A program made the translations under genes and the position numbers. Positions 26,763-40,533 of a stretch of DNA of 40,533 nucleotides are shown here, in pieces (position 1 is the first letter of the stretch; each line of letters starts with the position of its first letter). Under the pieces are notes generated by a model, which saw nothing but the letters and a program-made list of their open reading frames with translations, was not told where the DNA came from and ran no database searches. Source of the stretch: Veleropilina oligotropha (lineage: Eukaryota); assembly GCA_048128005.1 (NCBI GenBank), contig JBEUKZ010000121.1, forward strand, positions 1-40,533. The letters run 5' to 3'.

Positions 26763-27003
26763 GTGGCTCTGATAGTCATGTGATATCGAGTGCCGACTCT
26801 GAAATCGCTGACGCGATTGGGGTAACTAACAAGAGTGGGTTGGAATCTCGGCTGGGGCATTAACATTCTTTGCTCGGTTAGGCCTATCAATCGCAGTTGT
26901 CCGTGACTGGCCGGAGAGAGTGCCCCCCCCCCCCCGGTCGACTAGGCGTTTATGACGCGATAATATTAGTGCTGTAGATTGGTGAAACAATTGTGGGTTT
27001 TAT
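26763..27003 (+). mobile_element. Probable tRNA-derived SINE
   Basis: Degenerate A box TAGTCATGTGATA and B box GGTTGGAATCT; core AGTTGTCCGTGACTGGCCGGAGAGAG is similar to 34417..34445. Confidence 0.5.
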
Positions 27004-27292
27004 GGTAAAAGCACCAAATTTGGTAGAAATGTAGGTCAGGACGAGTAGAAAAAAATTGGATATGGACCCCATCCGAAAATCAAATGGTGTATTTTACTAT
27101 ATTTGCTAACTAAAATGTACAAACATATACTTTTGGGCTCTTAAAATGTGGTGTATTCGACACCACCAACTCGGTCAGTTTTTATCATAGCCAAAATCCA
27201 ACATGGCTGCCCCAAAAACAAAATGGCTACCAAAATACACGAACAATGGTAATTTCAGCATATTACTTAATGTATAATGTATAGTAAGGAGG

Positions 27293-27755
27293 CACTCTGC
27301 TCGCATAGTCATAGTCTAGTCATAGTCTATAGACTATGCTCTCGCTGGTCCGCCTACTTCTTTCCCGACTGGAATATCGTCTCTTTGAAATTTTCCAAAC
27401 ATTAATATGTATTTAATATATCAAATTTAGTTAAAAGTTAATTAAAATAAACTTTTAGAAGCGTTTGTGCAGTTAATTAATTACCTACGCGGTGAATAAA
27501 TTGGCATAAATTGGCTGAATATGGCTACGCGGAACTATTTGCTGTTTAACATCACTGTATTTCATATTTAAAACGTTGTTATTAGCCTACCCTTTTCTTG
27601 AAAACACTTAACCATGTCATTTGCACTTCATTAAATTACAAACTGAAGCGAAATAATATGTATATTAACTATGTGGCGGATCGCCACATAGCGATCAGCG
27701 AGAGCAGAGGTATAAGCCTCGGGCGTCGTTTCGTATTCTCTTTGCCTGGAGAGTG
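27293..27755. mobile_element. MITE with a 9-bp TSD inserted into the Academ-like left terminus
   Basis: GTAAGGAGG|CACTCT ... AGAGTG|GTAAGGAGG; the right arm has the uninterrupted equivalent site. Confidence 0.8.
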
Positions 27756-29007
27756 GTAAGGAGGCTTAGTAAAAAATCGTTCACTTTTTTGCAATTTGAT
27801 ATTTTTATTATAAATAAAATGTATATTGACCTAGATATTTTATATACCGCTGGCAGACCAGCTTAGTTGTCTCTCTGGCGGCCATATTGGAAAAAATCCA
27901 ATATGGCCGCCACCCGAAAGATGAAATAACGTAACTTTTATTCTAAACCTCAAAGATTAATAAATAATATCTCAATTTTGGGGTTTTCAAGTGTGAGAAA
28001 GTCGATTATGACATTATTTTGGCGACATCATGTTAAGGTCAAAGTCAAATCATCATTTCAATGTCAAAAATTGAACAAAAATTTGCAATATGGCCGTCAC
28101 CCGAAAGACGGAATATCATAACTTTTATTCTAAACGTCATAGATTAATAAAGAATACCTCCATTTTAGGGTTTTTAAGGATGATGAAGTCGATTATGACA
28201 TTTCTTTCGTGATTTCAGGTTAAGGTCAAGGTTAAATCACCATTTCAAGGTCGAAAATTGAACATAAACGTGAAATATGGCCGCCACCCGAAATACAGAA
28301 TATCATAACTATAAATCTAAGCATCATATATTAATAAATAATATCTACATTTGAGGGTTTTCAAGGATGAAGATGTCGATTACGATATTATTATCGCAAT
28401 TTCAGGTTAAGGTAAACGTCAAATCACCATTTTAAATACCTCTATTTCAGAGGTCATGGTCAAGGTCAAGGTCCAATCGCCATTTCAAAGTCGACAATAA
28501 TGTAAAAACGCGCAATATGGACACCACTCGACAAATGGAATACCATAACTTTTTAATCTAAACATAGATTAATAAATAATGCCTCCATTTTAGGATTTTG
28601 AGGAAGTCGATTATGACATCATTTTTGCGATATAAAGCTAAGGTCAAGGCAAATCACCATTTCAAGGTCGAAAATGGTATACAAACGCGCAATATGAACG
28701 CCACCCGAAAACGAAACATCATGGGTGGATTTCTTATCTCAAGTTTATATAAACTAGGTTTATGTCAACAAACCTGGTTTACAACGTGGTCATGAAAACC
28801 CAAGTTTATTACATGTTTAAACCTTGGTCATGAAAACCGACTCCCAAACCTAGTCTGAAATAAACTGCACCGCATTTCACATGCGCTGATTATCGCCGTG
28901 TTATTCAAACCAAGTTCACGCTTTCGTTGTCTATTTCCGCGAAGGTTTATGACCGATCGAAAACAGTCTGTTAACAATATCACAACTGTTAACGCAAGCT
29001 ATATGCG

Positions 29008-30118
29008 ATGTCTTGCAAGAAAAACAAGAAAAATTTCATCGAAGAGGACAAACAAACTTTAATTTTGTTGGTTGAGGAAAACATTAAATTAATTGAAAAC
29101 AGGAAGAGCGACACAAAGTCAAACGTGATTAAAAAGGCGGCATGGGAGAGATTACACCAGAAATATAACGCCCAGGCTAGAGAAAAAAGAGACTTGCCAC
29201 AATTAAAAGACTTATGGAAGCGCTTGAAAATAAAGGCCAAAAAGGATTTCGGGAAATAAAAAAGGCAACAACGGGAGACTGGTGGAGGATCTCCGACATC
29301 GGATATAGAGGAAATAAGTTTAAAAGTGCAGAGCATTATTCCTTGCGAGTTTTCAGACATAGAAAATCCCTATGATGATGATGCTTCTGAAATTACAGAC
29401 ATTTCCAAAGGGTAATATTTTGCATATAAATTATATATTGTAAAAGGTAATATACTTAATATTGAAAATATACATAATATCATGACGGCAACATTGTATC
29501 TACTAAGAAACAACGTGATTGAAATTCCTTTTCATGTTGCTTTTCATGTTGAAGAAATTTCATAGGTCTACAACTTGTTCAAGATAGCAGCTGGTTAAAA
29601 TGATGCATATATGTGGAGATTCCAAAGTAGTTTAAGACCACATAATTGTGTTTTAATTTTCAACAGTGCTAGAATATATATATTCAACATAATTACGATA
29701 ACAATGAATATATATATTTATAATGCTCATAAACATCGTTAGCATATATTTCAGGCCTACAGATGATTTTGAAATCGCATCATTTAGTGACGAAACACCA
29801 ACTTCATATGGGCCTGTCCAACTTAGTCCAAGTCATGAAAGTTCAAAGAAGAAAATCGCCCAGTCTTCAGAAAGACGAACTTCGACCCATGACGTGGACA
29901 TCGCTCTGTTAGCGCTTGCAAGGGGGGAGCATGACGTTAAAATGGAACTGTTGCAGCACAAAGTTCAAAATGAAAAGGTGAAAATGGAACTTTTGCAGAT
30001 CCAACACAAAAACGAGCAAACTAAAAGTGGAATTTTACAGTTGCAGTTAAAGGCCATTTTGATGGGGATGTCAACAATCCAGCCACCTGTTGTTGATGAC
30101 CCAGTAAATCTAGATTAA
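29008..30118 (+). pseudogene. Harbinger Myb/SANT-like DNA-binding gene, join(29008..29411,29755..30118), with a premature TAA at 29257..29259
   Basis: KKNFIEEDKQTLILLV...KKAAWERL...R...QLKDLWKRLK..AKK*..RETGGG; the frame continues to a phase-2 GT-AG intron and a coiled-coil-like exon 2. Confidence 0.8.
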
Positions 30119-30168
30119 TTATGTATGTTACATTTGTAAATTTCCAAATTACATGTATGTATCTTTGC

Positions 30169-31239
30169 CTAATTAAAATGTTGTGTGATTATTCCGTTGC
30201 GTACTGCATCTCCTCGAACGTTGACAATGCGACGAGGTTCTCTAAATATGTCAATTTCTTCATCCATATCATCTTCTAGCAGGATAGCTTCGTCGTCAGC
30301 TTCCGGCAGAGGATCATTCTGTCTTAAGGCGATATTGTGCAATACGGCGACGCTTACCACAATGACCATGACATTGTTAAGATTGTTTCTCAGGCAAAAT
30401 TTTAAACACGGGAAACGCCTTTTAAGAATACCAAATAACCGTTCAACAATACCCCTTGTTCTCACGTGCGCTGCATTATATCTGCGTTCTCCGGGTGTAG
30501 CCGGGACTCGGACTGGGGTCAGCATATACCGTCTGCATGCATATCCACCGTCACCCAGAAGATAACTTCCTTCATATTCTCCAGTTGCAAGTCTAATTCC
30601 GAGACGACTGTTGTCGAAAATCCTAATGTCGTGCACGCTGCCGGGCCACCGAGCCACAATATTAGTTATTTGCATATCTGGTCCTGCCACAACTTGCACA
30701 TTAAGGGAACAATATCCCTTTCTGTTAATGAAACGATCACTATCAGCGCACGATGGCCTCATTATCTGCACGTGGGTGCAATCTATTGCCCCGATAACGT
30801 TAGGAAAATGAGCAACATTATAGAATTGTTGCTTAACGACAGGGAGATCAGCATGTTCTGGGAATTTTATATACCTTGTTCTTAATAGTGCAATCTCTCG
30901 ACCTACTGCATTAATAGCACGGTTAGCGGATGAAACACTAATACCGTTTAAGTCTCCCACTACTCGTTGCATACTCGATGTAGCGTAGAATCGAAGGGTT
31001 AATAGGACCTTGAGCGTAGGTGAAATGTCTTTATACCTATTGATGTATTTGCTTCGTAACTGGTCGCTTACCGCGTCAATCAAAAGCAGGGACGTAGCGC
31101 GCGTGAGACGATAACGTTTAATAAATTCCTCATCGTCATACATATCTAAAGGATTTGCCCTGTCTCTAAATACTCTTTCACGTCTCATTGCTCGTCTATA
31201 ATGTCTCAAAACGCGATTTCCATACCAGAACTGGTCCAT
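30169..31239 (-). CDS. Harbinger (HARBI1-like, DDE_Tnp_4) transposase, intact 356 aa
   Basis: FPNVIGAIDCTH, NRKGYCSLNVQ, RWPGSVHD, LLGDGGY, RGIVERLFGILKRRF, LHN. Confidence 0.95.
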   Translation of the reverse strand: MDQFWYGNRVLRHYRRAMRRERVFRDRANPLDMYDDEEFIKRYRLTRATSLLLIDAVSDQLRSKYINRYKDISPTLKVLLTLRFYATSSMQRVVGDLNGISVSSANRAINAVGREIALLRTRYIKFPEHADLPVVKQQFYNVAHFPNVIGAIDCTHVQIMRPSCADSDRFINRKGYCSLNVQVVAGPDMQITNIVARWPGSVHDIRIFDNSRLGIRLATGEYEGSYLLGDGGYACRRYMLTPVRVPATPGERRYNAAHVRTRGIVERLFGILKRRFPCLKFCLRNNLNNVMVIVVSVAVLHNIALRQNDPLPEADDEAILLEDDMDEEIDIFREPRRIVNVRGDAVRNGIITQHFN

Positions 31240-31624
31240 GCTTTGAACAGTTATTATCTAGCTGTTGTGTTAAACTACCCCCTATCCAGGTTTATCGTAC
31301 ATTGAAACTTGACTCTTGGTTTATTAACGGTTTATTACAGTCTGAGGATGAGAAATGCAATTTGCGGGTAAACTACAGTTTACGCCAGGTTTAAACTGGA
31401 GATTTTATAGTATAGGTTTAAACCATACATAAGAAATCAACCCCATTAGTTTTAATCTAAACATCATGTATTAATAAATTAAATCTCCATTTAGGATGTT
31501 GAGGAATGGGGAAGTAAATTTTCGTGAATCCGGGTTACGGACAAGGTGAAATCACCATTTCAAGGTCGAAAATGGTATATAAACACGCAATATGGACTTG
31601 CCATAATAATATTTTATACAAACA

Positions 31625-32930
31625 TCATAGACCGCATTCGTGAAGTGAAATTGGCTGTTGCTCGAAACGTTTGTAAGAGGATTAAGGAAGATGGAATTGT
31701 TTTGCCTATCTATATGCATGTGTCTTCACAACTGGGGATATGGACAATTTATTACACAAGAATACCAGCATGATGAGTGCATGGCACGGCGATTACCATA
31801 ACCAATCAACTTTCAAGTGATAACATGAGAGTTATTCGTGGACCAGTTAAAATTGTTGTTGCATCCAAACCCAAGCTCCTAGACCATTATGCCATTTGGT
31901 GCCAACCCTCTCTGTTGATCTCCATCATGAGGACCTGCAGCTCGAACCAAGAAGTAAAGAATATGGAGCAGTGAAACCATCTCTTTAAAGGATACCAGGT
32001 TCCATAACGCGAGGATTAACTATGTTGGGTCAGGCTTTCGCTCCAAGTTGCAGGAAGTAAGCTCTGTTAAATCTCCTGCAGAGATTGACATCTTGTCCCG
32101 TGTTCCCTGACAAATCTACTGATCCTGGCATAAATAAATAATAATAATATAAATAAATATGCCATGTTCGTGGTAAAAAAATCCACAGCATTTCTCAACC
32201 CAACTGACTCCAGTCCTTGGTACTGATCAGCCATTGTACACAAACAGCTACAGAGGCAGTTACCCACGATCATCGGCGTATAGGTGTACGTCTTAACGAT
32301 GGGTGCCCATCGACTTCACATAGAGGACAAGGTACAACTTGTGCTTGGGAAGTTCATCCACGGTTCAGTATTGGAGTGGGCTATGACTACCTCGGAGATG
32401 TTCACATCGGGTAGAGCTGTATGAACTCTAGATGACCACCACATTAAACAAATACGTTATGCTCACCAGGTCTCGCTTGTATCTCTGTCACTACTCAAGC
32501 ATTAGACGTACATATATCTACTGTGAAGCGTGGTGAGCATGAAGTCTGGTGAGGATGCACACACGTTTAAGTACTGACGCCAGGCGCTCATGAATAGCAT
32601 AATTTATCGTTAATCGCCAAAAACCAGTCCCACGAAAAAGGCAATAAAATGCTACAGGCATGTGGTGGTGGCCTGTACGACATTCATGATGGTGCCAGTA
32701 GTGATTCAAATTAATGGTGCGCTCAACTCGTGAAGCGACGTGCAACGAGTATGTTCCCCATGCATATTGCCTTTTTATTGAAGAGACAGCTGACTCCATC
32801 TGTTGATCGTATCGATGATGTGGGGACGGGACATACAGCCAGAGACAAGGTGGACGATGCAAGCTCAATTGCGGCGTGGTGCTTGTCCGTGAACATGAAT
32901 GTGTCAAGATAGCAGCAAGCCTTAAGAATG
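31625..32930 (+). pseudogene. Heavily frameshifted Academ-like transposase remnant
   Basis: Across frames: DRIREV, GIVLP, FTTGDMDN, HGTAIT, FLNP..PVLGTDQPLY, FTSGRA, IRYAHQVS. Confidence 0.65.
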
Positions 32931-33273
32931 GCAGAAATGTCCAACTGACACTGAAAACAAGAAACTTCACGTTCTGCTGTCAGAAAAACTCAGAAATCAC
33001 CCTGGATGGCAATCTCCTTCTGACAACTAATTATGAACCTGTTTTGTTGCAGAAGCATTCAGACTTGATACAATGATCGATACATTGTTATTAATAAAAA
33101 TAGCGCATTTATACTCAACCGTCACAATGCGCTTGACATTGTTACCCCCTGGTTATGGACCAGTTTCTTTTGAGATTCCATATCAGCTCCCATTTCTGTC
33201 AATACAAGCGGGTAGCGCTGTGACTTTTATAACTGCCAAACACGTACCCATTCAGATCGGTTGAGTGGACCGA

Positions 33274-33793
<520 letters not shown>

Positions 33794-34284
33794 GCTTATT
33801 TCATTGCTCAAGTGAAATTGCCGAGACCAAGATGCTAACGTGAGACTCTGCCATCAAGTCCTGTCACCGAGCCACGTCATCCTAAACCCAGCTTATATCG
33901 AGTTTGTATAGCATTTTCAACCTTGAAATGATGATTTGACTTTAACCAGGAATCGCCAAAATAATGTAATAAGCGACTGCCTCATCCTTGAAAACCCCAA
34001 AATGGAGGTATTATTTATTAATCTATGTTGACTAAATCGCCGAGACCTGAGGCTAACGCGAGACTCAGCCACCAGAATCTTTCCACCGAACCACGACGGC
34101 ACATGTTATATATTAAACTCAGCTTATCTAGCGTTTTTATTCCATTTTCAATCTTGACCTTAACCAGGAATCGCCAATATAATGTTATAATAGACTGCTT
34201 CATCATTGAAAGCCCCAAAACGGAGGTATTATTTATTAAGCTATGTTGTTTATATTAACAGTTATGATATTCTGTCTTTCGAGT

Positions 34285-34520
34285 GGTGGTCGCTCAGAAG
34301 GTCGTGTGGATTCGGGTTCAGACTCTGAAAATCACTGGCTTGATTCTTCTGACACAAACAGTAGTGAGTGTGCATCTCTGTTGGGACATAACATTATTTG
34401 TTCAAATATGAATCATAGTTGGCCGTAACTGGTCAGAGAGGGCAGGTTTCCCCGAGCGACCGGGCATTGGCTACCTCCGCCATAATAGGGACATGTCCTG
34501 CATTAAACTTATTGGTTGAA
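34285..34520 (+). mobile_element. Second, more diverged copy of the SINE-like repeat, inside the Academ-like element
   Basis: GACTCTGAAA, CAT(T)AACATT and AGTTGGCCGTAACTGGTCAGAGAGGG occur in the same order as in 26763..27003. Confidence 0.45.
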
Positions 34521-36364
34521 AATATAGGCCTACAGGATGTTAAGCATCGATCCGCTCCTTTCATTTCTTTCAAGTCGCACGTTTATATTCAATTTTTGAT
34601 GTTTAGATTAAAAGTTATGGTATTCCGTCATTCAGGTGGCGGCCATATTGCGCGTTTTTATTCACTTTTCGACCTTGCATTGGTGATTTGACCTTGAATT
34701 TATCCTGATATCGCCAAATTAATGTCATAATCGACTTCATCACACGTGAAAACCCCCAAATAGAGATATTCTTTCTTGATGTTTGAGGTTTAGAATAAAA
34801 GTTATGCTAACGAATGCGGTCTATGATGCTTGTTTAAATATATGGCAAGTCCATATTGCGGGTTTATATACCATTTTCGACCTTGAAATGGTGATTTGAC
34901 CTTGTCCGTAACCCGGATTCACGAAAATCTACTTCTCCATTCTTCAACACCCTAAAATGGAAATTTAATTTATTAATCTATGATGTTTAGTTTAAAAATA
35001 ATGATATTCCGTTTTTCGGGTGACGTCCATATTGCGCGTTTATATACCATTTTCAACCTTGAAATGGTGATTTGACCTTGACCTTAGCTTGATATCGCCA
35101 AAATGATGTCATAATCGTCTTCCTCAAAATCCTAAAATGGAGACATTATTTATAAATCTATGATGTTTAGTTTAAAAGTTATAGTATTCCGTTTGTCGAG
35201 TGGTGTCCATATTGCGCGTTTTTACATTATTGTCGAATTTGAAATGGCGATTGGACCTTGACATTGACAATGACCTCTGAAATAGAGGTATTTGAAATGG
35301 TGATTTGACGTTGATCTTAACTTTAAATCGCGATAATAATATCATAATCGACTTCTTCATCCTTGAAACCCATCAAATGGAAATATTTTTTTATTAATCT
35401 ATGATGCTTAGATTTAAAGTTATGATATTCTGTATTTCGGGTGGCGGCCATAGTGCACGTTTATGTTCAATTTTCGACCTTGAAATGGTGATTTGACCTT
35501 GACCTTAACCTGAAATCACGAAAGAGATGTCATAATCGACTTTCTCATCCTTAAAAACCCTAAAATATTATTTATTAATCTATGACGTTTAGAATAAAAG
35601 TTATGATATTCCGTCTTTCTGGTAGCGGCCATATTGCGCATTTTTGTTCACTTTTTGACATTGAAATGGTGATTTGACCTTGACTTTAACCTGATGTTAC
35701 CAACTAATGTCATAATAGTCTTTCTCACACTTGAAAACCTCAAAATAGAGATATTATTTGAGGTTTCGAATAAAAGTTAAGTTATTTTATTTTACCAATA
35801 TGGCCGCCAGAGGTACAATTGAGTTTGTCTGCCAGCGGTATATAAAATATCTAGGTTATATACATTTATAATCAAAATATCATAAATTGCAAAAAAGTGA
35901 ACGATTTTTTTACTCAGCCCCTTTCTATACATTATACATTAAGTAATATGTAGTCTCGGTCACCGCAGCCCCGTTCAGCTTCCTGCCGTCAACTGAGGGT
36001 CTGGGCACATTCTTATTTAAAAAAATAACTTCCAAAACGAGGCTTATCAGAATTCTGATAAAATACGCGATTGGTCGACTGGCACACACCCCCAAAACGT
36101 CATCATTTCGACCTGGTTTTGTCGTTTTCAATGAGTTATCGACAGAAATATCGAAAACGAGGCTTAGAGTCTGCAACCTGTTTTAGAATCTGCAACCTGT
36201 TTTCGACATTTTAGATCAGTTATGTTATGTACAGATCTATATAAAATAGTGAAATAGATGGTCGATTGATTTGACACGACAATGAGAAATAACATGAAGT
36301 ACACAACATATTCGATGTACGATTGTATTGATGTAACTGCAAAACATGGTGTTGTATATATATA

Positions 36365-40533
<4,169 letters not shown>

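Larger units (their letters stand above)
28723..31443. mobile_element. PIF/Harbinger DNA transposon, full length (2721 bp)
   Basis: 15-bp TIR GGGT(G/T)GATTTCTTAT, 3-bp TSD CAT, convergent Myb/SANT-like and transposase genes. Confidence 0.92.

Noticed and set aside
26763..26860. tRNA gene
   Set aside because: A and B boxes are degenerate, there is no clean cloverleaf, and it continues into a repeated core, so a SINE head fits better
30185..30885. Plus-strand ORFs overlapping the Harbinger transposase
   Set aside because: Antisense shadows of a real CDS with no motifs
35951..36360. Start of another element (TAGTCTCGG...GGGTCTGG)
   Set aside because: It resembles a transposon terminus, but no partner end lies in the window

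Overview
AT-rich, intron-rich eukaryotic (metazoan, probably marine invertebrate; the species cannot be determined here) genomic DNA, not prokaryotic. Host genes: a complete six-exon ependymin-related (EPDR) gene (12..12870, +, 223 aa) that the ORF track misses, and exon 1 of a tandem paralog (26574..26720) whose first intron runs off the window. The rest is mostly transposon-derived: LINE 3' ends, a Crypton-type tyrosine-recombinase remnant, TTAA-flanked MITEs, minisatellites, a nested Helentron-like composite (14107..23547) carrying an intact histone H4 gene with promoter and stem-loop, a foldback Academ-like element (27259..35950) containing a 9-bp-TSD MITE and a near-intact Harbinger, and an internally deleted Ginger-type element (36365..40406). 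The two most unusual signals are (1) four unrelated long hairpins sharing a strand-specific ssDNA-folding signature (GAA/GAAA mini-loop plus tandem G.A mismatches), one next to the tyrosine recombinase remnant, and (2) the captured histone-cluster fragment. All calls are by eye; no database searches were run.
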